Of a stretch of DNA of 64,000 nt, positions 19,214-27,890 are shown in pieces. This DNA is from a candidate division FCPU426 bacterium (GTDB taxonomy: Bacteria > Oederibacteriota > Muellerivitia > Muellerivitales > Muellerivitaceae), in the NCBI GenBank assembly GCA_963830915.1, contig CAWHOE010000046.1:1-64000 (forward strand), in the 5' to 3' direction. Position numbers and translations under genes: made by a program. Numbering within the stretch: position 1 is the first letter of the stretch; every line of letters starts with the position of its first letter. The notes below the pieces were generated by a model. That model was not told the origin of the DNA. It saw nothing but the letters and a program-made list of their open reading frames with translations, and did not search any database.

Positions 19214-20764
19214 TCAGGGGTTGGAGGGCAATGGGTCGAATACGGTCTTCACCGTGACAACCTTGCCGAAGCCCTTGAGCGTCCCTTCCAGCTCCGCCGG
19301 ACCGCACACCACCAATACCCAATCTTTCCTCGAAAGGATGTCCTGCGCCGCCAGGGCCGCCTGCTCCAGCGTGACCGACTTCACCTTTTCCCGGTACTGG
19401 GCCAGGTAATCGTCCGGATAATCGTTGAAATCAAGCGAAGCCCGGTAAGCCACCAGGTCGAACGGAGACTCGAAGTTATAGGCGAACTCCTCGATCATGG
19501 ACTGCTTGGCCTCATCCAGTTCTTTCGGCGTCGGACCGATCTGGGCGTAGAGGGCCATCTGGTCGAACATCAGCGACAGGTATTCCTTCACCGAGTCGGG
19601 CCTGGTGCCACCCACGATCTGGAAGGGCCCGGTGATGTTATAGGGCAAAAAGTAGCTGTCCACGAAGTAGGCCAGTCCCCGGTCGGACCGGATCTTGGAC
19701 ATGAGCCGGGAGGTGAAACCCGACCCGCCGAACACGTAATTGGCCACCTGCAGGGGAATATCCCGGGGGTCATGGCGCTTCAGGCCGGGCAGGCCGAGGC
19801 GGACGAACACCTGGGTGACATCCTTGGGGAAGAAATAGATGGCCGGGCCCAGGGGCGCGCCGTCGGTGAAGACCGGGCCTGGCTCCTGCTCTTTCCAGCC
19901 GCCGAAGAGGCTGTCCAATTGGGTGAAGACCTGGTCCTCGTCGAATTTACCCGCGACCGCCAGGACCGCTCCCTTGGGGCCGAAATGCTTCTTATAAAAG
20001 GTCATGGCGTCATCCCGGGTGAGCTGGGAAGCCACCTTGGGGGTGGACCAGCGCCCGTAAGGGTGGTGTCCGAAGAGGGCCTTGGTGAAGAGCACCCGGG
20101 TGATGGAATCGGGCGTGTCCTCGGTACGGGTCAGGCTGTCGGCCATGGTGGCCTTGTCGGTGGCCAACCGCAGGGGGTCCATCTGGGGCCTGAGGACCAT
20201 GTCGGCGAAGAGTTTCAGGATGTCGGACACATCGCCCGAAAGGCAGTTGAAGCTTGCCTTGAAATCCTCCTGTTCGGACTCGCAGGTGAAGGCCGCGGCC
20301 CGGTTCTCCAGGGCCTCGTCGAAGGCTTCGGGTTTAAGGTCCCCCGCCCCGCCATTACGCATGAGGGCGGTGGAAAGACCCGCCAGGCCTTCCTTGCCGT
20401 CCGGGTCCAGGACGTTACCGCCCGGGATGAGCAGGGTGGCCGAGACCAGGGGCATCTCGTCATTCTTGAGGAAGAGAACCTTCATCCCGCAGGAGAGGAC
20501 GCGGACATGGATGTCAGGCACGGTGATCCGGAGGGGCGGGGTCGCCGGTACCACGGGCGGCTTGGCGATGGCGGAACCACAGATGAACACAGATGCACAC
20601 AGATATAGAAACCCCAAAAAGCCAACCACTGTTCTTTGGGTAAGGCTTTTAAAACGAAAACCTAAGGCATGGCCACCGATGAACACCGATGAACACCGAT
20701 GGAGGAAACCCAAAAATACAGCTTTTTGGATAATACTCTTTACGCGAAGGGCGATGGTTCTCAT
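19214..20764 (-). CDS. M16B peptidase, non-catalytic partner subunit
   Basis: LSCGMKV...GLAGLSTALMRNGG (no HXXEH); GGSGFTSRLMSKIRSDRGLAY; ATGA overlap with the upstream M16 gene. Confidence 0.88.
   Translation of the reverse strand: MRTIALRVKSIIQKAVFLGFLHRCSSVFIGGHALGFRFKSLTQRTVVGFLGFLYLCASVFICGSAIAKPPVVPATPPLRITVPDIHVRVLSCGMKVLFLKNDEMPLVSATLLIPGGNVLDPDGKEGLAGLSTALMRNGGAGDLKPEAFDEALENRAAAFTCESEQEDFKASFNCLSGDVSDILKLFADMVLRPQMDPLRLATDKATMADSLTRTEDTPDSITRVLFTKALFGHHPYGRWSTPKVASQLTRDDAMTFYKKHFGPKGAVLAVAGKFDEDQVFTQLDSLFGGWKEQEPGPVFTDGAPLGPAIYFFPKDVTQVFVRLGLPGLKRHDPRDIPLQVANYVFGGSGFTSRLMSKIRSDRGLAYFVDSYFLPYNITGPFQIVGGTRPDSVKEYLSLMFDQMALYAQIGPTPKELDEAKQSMIEEFAYNFESPFDLVAYRASLDFNDYPDDYLAQYREKVKSVTLEQAALAAQDILSRKDWVLVVCGPAELEGTLKGFGKVVTVKTVFDPLPSNP
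20575..20700. repeat. Two (CACAGAT/CACCGAT)x3 repeat arms inside the M16 gene 5' end
   Basis: AACCACAGATGAACACAGATGCACACAGAT (20575-20604) and GCCACCGATGAACACCGATGAACACCGAT (20672-20700). Confidence 0.75.
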
Positions 20765-22284
20765 TGGGCCGCCTCCTTGTCCAGATAGGCGATGGTGCGG
20801 TTATCCTTCACCAGGTATTTGGCCGCTACCGTCTGTAGGTCCTTGGAGGTCAGGGCCCGGACCATCTCGATGTATCTCGTCAGGTACCGCCAATCGCCGT
20901 GGACCGCCTGGTTATAAGCCAGGTCCTGGGCCAGGCCGGAGGTGGAGGTCTTGCCCCAGAGAAAGGTGGACTCGGCCGCGCGGCGGGCACGGTCCAATTC
21001 CGCGTCCGTGACACCCTTGGCCTGGATATCCGCCAGTTCCTGGTCGATGGCACCGATGACGCCGTCCGAGGACTGGCCGGGGGCGGGGTTGAACTGCATG
21101 ACGAAGAGGTTCGGGTCGCGGTCGCCGGGGAAGCCGGTGGAGGCGGAGATGGAGGTCACCATCTTCTTGTTGAAGAGCAGGTCCTTGACCAGCCGCGAGG
21201 TATTGCCGTTGGTCAGGATGGTGGAAAGCACGTCCAGCGCCAATCCGTCCGGATGGGGGAAGTTTGGCATGTGCCAGCCCATCATGACCATGGGGTCGGC
21301 GTCGAATTTCACCCTCACCGTCCTCTGTCCCTGCTGGGGCGGTTCCTTCGTCCAGTCCTGTTTCAGGGGCTTGACGCCCTTGGGGTTGGGCACCGTGCCC
21401 AGGGTGCGTTCCAGGATGGGCAGGATCTCGGACGCCTTCACCCCGCCCACCACCGCCAAGACCCCCCGGTCGGGCCGGTAGGTCTGCTGATAGAAGGCGA
21501 CGGCGTCAGGCCGCGTCAACTTCATGATGTCGGACATCCAGCCGATGGTCGGGTCGCGGTAGGGCGAGGCGGTGAAGGCGGTGGATTCCAGCGCCTCTTC
21601 CAGCTTGCCATCCGGGTTGGACTCGGTGCGCCACCGGCGCTCCTGGGCCACCACATCCCTTTCCGAATAGAACTCGCGGAAAACCGGGTGGCTGAGGCGG
21701 TCCTTCTCGACCGTGGCGTAAAGCAGGACCTTGTTGACCGGAAGGGTGATGTGGTAGTTGGTGACGTCCTGGCTGGTCCAGGCGTTCAGGCTCTGGCCCC
21801 CGTTACGGGTATATATAGAAGAGAGCTCGTCCTTGACCGCCACCTTGTGGTGCTCTTCCTGCAGGGCCTTCATTTGGGCGGCCAGGTCCTTCAGTTTGTC
21901 CATGGAGGGTTCCAGCTTGGCCTTCTCCTCGTTCATGGCCTCGGCGACCTTATCCATCTTTTCCAGGATGGGTTTTTCCTTGGCGTAGGAGAGGGTACCG
22001 ATGGTCTGGGTGCCCTTGAACATCATGTGTTCCAGCATGTGGGGCAGGCCCGTCTTGCCCTTGGGAGCATCCTGGGCGCCGACCGGCTGCATGAAGGAGA
22101 AGGATACGACCGGAACTCCCGGCCTTTCCACGATGAGCACCCGGAGCCCGTTCTTGAGGACCTTCTCGACCACCGGCAGGTCCAGGCCCGGGCTTTTGGA
22201 GTCGTCCTGGGCCAGGACGGGAGTGGATAGGATGGGACTGACAGCGAACAAAAGACCGGCGAGACTTCGTTGGATGAGGTTCAT
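20761..22284 (-). CDS. M16B zinc peptidase, catalytic subunit, secreted
   Basis: Signal peptide; LKNGLRV; GLPHMLEHMMFKGT (HXXEH); LNAWTSQDVTNY; ERDVVAQERR. Confidence 0.93.
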   Translation of the reverse strand: MNLIQRSLAGLLFAVSPILSTPVLAQDDSKSPGLDLPVVEKVLKNGLRVLIVERPGVPVVSFSFMQPVGAQDAPKGKTGLPHMLEHMMFKGTQTIGTLSYAKEKPILEKMDKVAEAMNEEKAKLEPSMDKLKDLAAQMKALQEEHHKVAVKDELSSIYTRNGGQSLNAWTSQDVTNYHITLPVNKVLLYATVEKDRLSHPVFREFYSERDVVAQERRWRTESNPDGKLEEALESTAFTASPYRDPTIGWMSDIMKLTRPDAVAFYQQTYRPDRGVLAVVGGVKASEILPILERTLGTVPNPKGVKPLKQDWTKEPPQQGQRTVRVKFDADPMVMMGWHMPNFPHPDGLALDVLSTILTNGNTSRLVKDLLFNKKMVTSISASTGFPGDRDPNLFVMQFNPAPGQSSDGVIGAIDQELADIQAKGVTDAELDRARRAAESTFLWGKTSTSGLAQDLAYNQAVHGDWRYLTRYIEMVRALTSKDLQTVAAKYLVKDNRTIAYLDKEAAQ

Positions 22285-22362
22285 GTTTTCTCCCAGGAGA
22301 GTCTAGGCACAGGATTATAACCAATCAAAGGTAGGAATAACCATACCCGAAGGGAGGGTTGG

Positions 22363-23790
22363 TCAGAACGAGAACGCGATGTGAAAACCGGCGGTCAAAC
22401 CGCTCAGGTCCACCTGCGCCGTGCGCCAACCGGTCGGGACGGTGGCACTGCTCGGGTACAGGCTCAACAAGGGGTAGGTCGCCCCGGCGTTCGCGTTGTA
22501 ATAAAGTTTGACGTCCTGGCCGTCATAAGCCCCGCCCTTGACCGAGGCGGAGAAATTATCCGCGGTGCACAGTTGATACCCGACCGCCGGGCCGATGGTG
22601 AAAGTGTTCCCCAGTTTGTAATCCATCCCCAGTTCGATCTTGCCGCCGATGCCCATGCCCATCATGTTGCCAGTCGTGCCCCCGTAGTTGTTCGTCAGGT
22701 TCAGCATGACGGGCGCCACCATGGGCCCGACCGAGCCCCAGAACCTCATGTCCCCGCTCCCGAAGAAGTAGCGGAAGTTGACCCCCACCGGGATGGCGCT
22801 GATATCGAAAGCGTCCGTTTGCGTCGTCACTCCCGCGCCAACATTTTCGGTGACTTGCTCGCTGAAGGTTCCCACGGCCGCGTAGCCCAAGGTCAGTCCC
22901 AATTCCATATCCGGTCCCATTTTCAGGTCCCCTTCAAAACCGATATTGGGATATCCCTGCGGCACGGTAGCCGTATAGGTCAGACTGGGATCCATGGCCT
23001 GTAGGCCTTGGAAGAAGACCGTGGCCGCCGCGGCTTCCGCCTTGAAATCGGCCAGATCGACCATGACGAACTCCGGTTCCAGACGCACCTGGTAGTGGGT
23101 ATCATCCGCGGGCGTATAGGCCCGGCCCGAGGAGGCGACCGAATCGGCCACCACCTGTCCATCCACCCATTGCTGGTCCTCCGGGGAAAGTTTGGCCCTC
23201 AGTTGGGCCACATAGGCCTCGATGGAGGGATTGGCCTGGCGTTTGTCCGAGAGGGTCAGGTTCAGCGCCGCGTCCTTGATGTCGCCGATGGCGATCTGGG
23301 AAGCGCCCAGGTAATAGTAGGCTTTCGAGTCGGAGCGGTTCTCCCTGGTCGCCTGTTGGAAAAGCGGGATAGCGGCCTGGAACTGCTTTTGCTGGTAAAG
23401 GGCGACCCCCTGGTTAAAAGAGTCGCTGGTCCCGGTCGCGCCCGGCATGGGAGGTTGGGCGGTCGAGTTCACCTTGGCCTGGAGGGACTGGATGAAGGCG
23501 TTGAGCTGGGGATTGGGCTGGATGGTCTGGACTTTCTGATAGTCGGCCAGGGCGCCCTGATAATTGCCCGTGGCGTAATAACAATTGGCTCGTCCCTGGA
23601 GGGAGGCGGTGTTGTTGGGGTCCAGGCTGATGGCCGCGGAGAAATACTGGATGGCCTGGGCGTAGTTCTTGGCGTTATAGAGCTGGAGTCCGGCGTTGTA
23701 ATAATCGGTCGCGGTCGCGGCCAAAAGGGCGGAAGCGGAAAGGAGGAATAACGACAAGGCCATTAAGCGGAAGGTGATCGGGTGGCGCAT
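22363..23790 (-). CDS. TPR-repeat protein with C-terminal outer-membrane beta-barrel
   Basis: Signal peptide; two TPR blocks (YYNAGLQLYNAKNYAQAIQYFSAAISLDPNN; FNQGVALYQQKQFQAAIPLFQQA); amphipathic strands ending GFHIAFSF (terminal Phe). Confidence 0.78.
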   Translation of the reverse strand: MRHPITFRLMALSLFLLSASALLAATATDYYNAGLQLYNAKNYAQAIQYFSAAISLDPNNTASLQGRANCYYATGNYQGALADYQKVQTIQPNPQLNAFIQSLQAKVNSTAQPPMPGATGTSDSFNQGVALYQQKQFQAAIPLFQQATRENRSDSKAYYYLGASQIAIGDIKDAALNLTLSDKRQANPSIEAYVAQLRAKLSPEDQQWVDGQVVADSVASSGRAYTPADDTHYQVRLEPEFVMVDLADFKAEAAAATVFFQGLQAMDPSLTYTATVPQGYPNIGFEGDLKMGPDMELGLTLGYAAVGTFSEQVTENVGAGVTTQTDAFDISAIPVGVNFRYFFGSGDMRFWGSVGPMVAPVMLNLTNNYGGTTGNMMGMGIGGKIELGMDYKLGNTFTIGPAVGYQLCTADNFSASVKGGAYDGQDVKLYYNANAGATYPLLSLYPSSATVPTGWRTAQVDLSGLTAGFHIAFSF

Positions 23791-24154
23791 GGCAGGTCCT
23801 TAAATAATGTTTTTCAAGACAAGACTCATCAAACGCCAATAGTTTATCAAAAAGCTGGTTTTCTAACGAATAAAAGGTGGTGGTTTTTATAAAGCATTAG
23901 GCTGTTTTTCAATACCCTTGTCCAGAACGCCGCGATTCACTTCTCCAACGGATTCTTCCAATTGCCAGAACGAGAAATAAAACCATTTCCTCTCCCGATC
24001 CCCACCGTTGTTTTTTCTCCGCGTTTTAGAAGGAACGCTTTTGAAACCAAACGATAGAAAGCCAAGGATAAATAACGACGAAACCTTGAATTTACAAAGC
24101 GTTTACCGTACTTTCTAACTTAACCGGAAACCAACCGGCCAAGGGGAGGAAGCC

Positions 24155-24343
24155 ATGAACAAAATCGAGATCAAAAAGGTCAAAGCCGCCGTTCCGAAAG
24201 AACAGCAGGTCGTTTTGGAGCTGAGGACCCTGATGGGCTTTTGGGATCACCAGCCCAAAAAGAAGAAAGCCAAGTCGGCAGGTCGGCTGGTTCCGGTCCA
24301 TTTTGACCAGTATTTCCAGACCCATCCCATCTGTTTGAACTAA
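24155..24343 (+). CDS. Small basic hypothetical protein (62 aa)
   Basis: Strong RBS (GGGGAGG), upstream TTGAAT-17-TACTTT, ends 11 nt before the quinone reductase. Confidence 0.55.
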   Translation: MNKIEIKKVKAAVPKEQQVVLELRTLMGFWDHQPKKKKAKSAGRLVPVHFDQYFQTHPICLN

Positions 24344-24354
24344 GAAGGAGCCGC

Positions 24355-25317
24355 ATGAAAGCCATCCGTATCCATCAGTTCGGCGGTCCCGAAGTTTTGA
24401 CGATTGAGGAGATTCCCGACCTGAAGCCAGGGCCTGGTCAGGTGCTGATCAGGGTCAAGGCGGTGGGTGTGAACCCAGTGGACGGATACATCCGCTCTGG
24501 CACCTATGCCGCCAAGCCCCCTCTTCCCTACACTCCCGGAGCGGACGGGGCGGGGATAGTGGAAGCCATCGGCAACGAAGTGCGTTCCTTCAAGCCGGGG
24601 GACCGTGTCTATTTCAACGCCGCCTTGAGTGGCTCCTACGCCGAGCTGACCCTGGTCGGTGAGAACAACGTCCATCCTCTATCGGAAAACCTCACCTTCG
24701 CCCAGGGGGCCGCCGTTGGCATTCCCTATGGAACGGCCCATCGCGCCTTATTCGGAAAGGCCAAGGCCTCGGCCGGCGAAACCGTATTGGTCCATGGGGC
24801 CAGCGGGGGCGTGGGCACGGCCGCCATCCAATTAGCCAAGCGGGCCGGCATGACAGTCATCGGGACCGCCGGAACGGACAAGGGCCGGGAGTTGGTGAAG
24901 GCCGAGGGAGCCCATCATGTGCTGGACCACCATGATCCCGCTTTCGGGGAAAAATTGCTGAAGATCACCGAGGGCAAGGGAGTCGATGTCATTTTGGAAA
25001 TGCTGGCCAACGTGAACCTGGGCAAGGACCTGACCTACCTGGCCAAGTTCGGCCGGGTGGTGGTCATCGGCAGCCGGGGGCCGGTGGAGATCAACCCCCG
25101 GGATACCATGGGCCGTGACGCGGCCATCCTGGGCATGACCCTTTTCAACGCCACCCCCCAGGACCTGGCTTCCATCCATGGCGACTTGGCGCGGGGTTTC
25201 CAGGAAGGCTCCTTGAAACCCGTCATCGGACAGGAGTTTCCTTTGGCGCAGGCCGCCAAGGCCCAGGAAGCCGTCACGGTACCCGGTTCCTACGGAAAGA
25301 TCGTCCTAATACCATAA
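24355..25317 (+). CDS. qor: NADPH:quinone oxidoreductase (zeta-crystallin/MDR family)
   Basis: MKAIRIHQFGGPEVL, GVNPVD, PYTPGADGAG, VLVHGASGGVG, GKIVL. Confidence 0.92.
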   Translation: MKAIRIHQFGGPEVLTIEEIPDLKPGPGQVLIRVKAVGVNPVDGYIRSGTYAAKPPLPYTPGADGAGIVEAIGNEVRSFKPGDRVYFNAALSGSYAELTLVGENNVHPLSENLTFAQGAAVGIPYGTAHRALFGKAKASAGETVLVHGASGGVGTAAIQLAKRAGMTVIGTAGTDKGRELVKAEGAHHVLDHHDPAFGEKLLKITEGKGVDVILEMLANVNLGKDLTYLAKFGRVVVIGSRGPVEINPRDTMGRDAAILGMTLFNATPQDLASIHGDLARGFQEGSLKPVIGQEFPLAQAAKAQEAVTVPGSYGKIVLIP

Positions 25318-25331
25318 TTTCAAACGGCATA

Positions 25332-25495
25332 TGAACCACCAAGGCACCAAGGGCACCAAGAACACCATAAGAACTTTTCCGTTTTAATAATTCAACTCGG
25401 AGCTAATTTTTTGAAAAATCCCCATTTTCTTTTCGATATATAATTCGGCTTTTTATTTTTATCCTCCTTGGTGCCCTTGGTGCCTTGGTGGTTCA
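25332..25495. repeat. (CACCAAG)x3 inverted-repeat element, copy B (perfect 29-bp terminal inverted repeats)
   Basis: TGAACCACCAAGGCACCAAGGGCACCAAG (25332-25360) and its exact reverse complement (25467-25495) around a 106-nt AT-rich spacer. Confidence 0.9.
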
Positions 25496-25523
25496 ATCAT
25501 CTTTTATAGAGTAAACTACCCCC

Positions 25524-26267
25524 GTGAAAAAAAGCCCCAACCCCAAACTACTCTTCCTTTTGGATTACGACGGGACCCTGACCGACTTCACTCATAACCC
25601 GGAGGATTCCAACCTGACGTCCGAACTGCGCGGCCTGCTCCACGACCTTCGGAAGAAATATCCGGTCATCCTGGTCAGCGGCAGGCATGTGGAAGGACTG
25701 AGGAGGGTTTCCAAGCTCAAAAGTTTCCCCATCGTGGGCACCCATGGTTTCGAGGCCAGCCAGCTTCCCGGAGGCCTTCAATTGGCGCCCCTTGCCCATC
25801 AGCGCCTGTTTCGAAAGGAAGCGGCGGCCCTGTGGAAAGCCATCCAGGTCCTCAACCAGCGCTATCCCGGCATCCATATAGAGAAGAAACCCTTCTCCTC
25901 GACCCTGCATTACCGCAGTCTGAACCTCTCCCCGACGGTGGAGGCAAGACTGCATGGGGATTTCAGGGCCATCTTCAGGAAAACCGTGACCGTCCGTTTC
26001 TGGACCCTGCAGGACGGGAAGAAGATGATCGAGGCCATGCCGAGGGGTTATACCAAGGGGAAAGCGATCAAAACGCTCGTCGAACATTTCCCCGGCTACC
26101 TGCCCATCTTCGCTGGGGACGACCTCACCGACCTGACGGCCCTCAAGGCCTTGGGGAAAAAGGGCCTGAAAATAGCCGTGGGGAGCCGGATACCCAAGGG
26201 CTTTTATGACCTCAGGTTCGACTCCCCACGGGAATTCCTCGATTGGTTGAAGAACTTCAGCAACTAA
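25524..26267 (+). CDS. otsB: Trehalose-6-phosphate phosphatase (HAD IIB)
   Basis: LDYDGTL, VSGR, GTHGFE, IEKK...TLHYR, GKKMIE, KGKAI, AGDDLTD. Confidence 0.85.
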   Translation: MKKSPNPKLLFLLDYDGTLTDFTHNPEDSNLTSELRGLLHDLRKKYPVILVSGRHVEGLRRVSKLKSFPIVGTHGFEASQLPGGLQLAPLAHQRLFRKEAAALWKAIQVLNQRYPGIHIEKKPFSSTLHYRSLNLSPTVEARLHGDFRAIFRKTVTVRFWTLQDGKKMIEAMPRGYTKGKAIKTLVEHFPGYLPIFAGDDLTDLTALKALGKKGLKIAVGSRIPKGFYDLRFDSPREFLDWLKNFSN

Positions 26268-26276
26268 GGAATATCC

Positions 26277-26903
26277 CTATTTGTATTTGACGTGACAGCC
26301 ATAAGGCGCGGTCGTGGGTATGGAGACCGGCTTCCCATCCAACATGGCTTCCTGCAGGGCCCGCTCCACGTAATTCACATACATTTCGCCCTTTTCCGTC
26401 TTGGGCATCTCGATATCGTCCAAGGGATCGTTGTCGATAGCCCCGTCATAGATCAACTTGCCCTTGGGGTCGATGATGAACATATGGGGTGTGGTCTTGG
26501 CGCCGTACGCGTGGCCCAGGACGCCTTTGGGGTCCAGCAAGACCGCCGTGGCGTTGGACATGGAACGGGCGATGTCCTCATTGGCCCCCGTGGCATCCAC
26601 ATAGCCCTCGGTCTTGGGGGCGGAGGAAACGACCTCGAACCAGAGCACGCCCCGGTCCGTCCAGGTCTTCTGGAGCTTCTGCATCTTGCCCTTGTACTGG
26701 CTCTTCACGAAGGGGCAATCCTTGTTGTGCCATTCCAGGACCACGAACTTCCCTTTCATGTCGGCTAGTTTGTGTAGTTTTCCATGGCTGTCCGCGGCGT
26801 TGAAATCGGGGGCGGCCGCGCCCACCTTGGCCGCTTGGGCGGTCGACAGGCCCATCCAGGCCCAGACCGCGATGATCCCTAGGAACGAAATTCTTTTGAA
26901 CAT
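26277..26903 (-). CDS. Secreted redoxin (AhpC/TSA, thioredoxin fold)
   Basis: Signal peptide; VGAAAPDF, VVLEWHNKDCPFV, YGAKTTPHMFIID, YDGAID, PYGC. Confidence 0.88.
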   Translation of the reverse strand: MFKRISFLGIIAVWAWMGLSTAQAAKVGAAAPDFNAADSHGKLHKLADMKGKFVVLEWHNKDCPFVKSQYKGKMQKLQKTWTDRGVLWFEVVSSAPKTEGYVDATGANEDIARSMSNATAVLLDPKGVLGHAYGAKTTPHMFIIDPKGKLIYDGAIDNDPLDDIEMPKTEKGEMYVNYVERALQEAMLDGKPVSIPTTAPYGCHVKYK

Positions 26904-26919
26904 GACTTCCTCCTGAATT

Positions 26920-27762
26920 TCAGGGCTTCCCCGTCAAGGGGATATCCACCCAGTAACCGACTTTTCCATCATATCCCTCACCACTGAGGACTAGCAACCC
27001 CTTCATAGAATCAGGCGCCTTCATCAATTGATCCGACTTTTTCAGGCCCAGTTCAAAAGAGCCTCCGCCCGCTGAAAATTTCTGGTCAGCGGTGTTTTCG
27101 ATGACATTAGGATCGGCGGGAAAAAACAGGGCGGTCCTCACCTGGACGCCAGGCGCCCGGACTGTCAGTTTGAAACCGTCCTTATCCAAGGCACCGAGCG
27201 CCTTCCAGCATTTGGGAAGTTTTTTTGGTTGGTCCTTGCGAGTCTGTTCGAATAGGGTTTGGGTGGCTTTATCCCCGGCCCGAGCCGGCAAGGTCAACCG
27301 GACCGTCCCTTTACCGGGGGTGCACTCTTCCCGGCAGACCAGCCACTTCACATCGGCCTTGAGGGTAACGGGGCTTCCCGTTTGGACATTTTTGGAAACA
27401 TGGATGGGCGCCATGAGCAAGAGCTGGTCCTGATAGCCGTAGTCCATGAGGGAAGGCAGGGGAAGACGGGTCGGCAAGGGCCAGACCAGGTCGCCCGCCT
27501 TGAAACCTTTGGGCAGGTGCCAGGTCACGGAAGGCGGAAGCCCTGAATCCCCTGGGTTCAGCCAATAGAGATGCCAGCCTTTATCGATGATGAAATGGAT
27601 GCCGACCACAAAGTCCTTCCCCGGAGTGAATGTCGAGCTTTCCGAAACAAGGGTGGCTTTGATATGGGAGGTTTCGGCTTGTTCATTGCCGAAAGCGGAG
27701 GATCGAACCGATAAGACGATCAGTAAACCCAAGATGAAGCGGAAACGACGGAGAATGTTCAT
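26920..27762 (-). CDS. DsbD N-terminal-domain protein (no transmembrane domain)
   Basis: GWHLYWLNPGDSGLPP, WPLP, YGY, WLVCREECTPG. Confidence 0.85.
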   Translation of the reverse strand: MNILRRFRFILGLLIVLSVRSSAFGNEQAETSHIKATLVSESSTFTPGKDFVVGIHFIIDKGWHLYWLNPGDSGLPPSVTWHLPKGFKAGDLVWPLPTRLPLPSLMDYGYQDQLLLMAPIHVSKNVQTGSPVTLKADVKWLVCREECTPGKGTVRLTLPARAGDKATQTLFEQTRKDQPKKLPKCWKALGALDKDGFKLTVRAPGVQVRTALFFPADPNVIENTADQKFSAGGGSFELGLKKSDQLMKAPDSMKGLLVLSGEGYDGKVGYWVDIPLTGKP

Positions 27763-27890
27763 GAAGGTTCCTTTGGATGTTCATTCTGTATCCAAGGCTT
27801 AGCGAAAGCAATAACACTAAGGAAGTTTACATCGGGGTGGATTCTATATAGAGGAAGGCCAAATAGAAACGCTCGATTTCAATTATTTTC

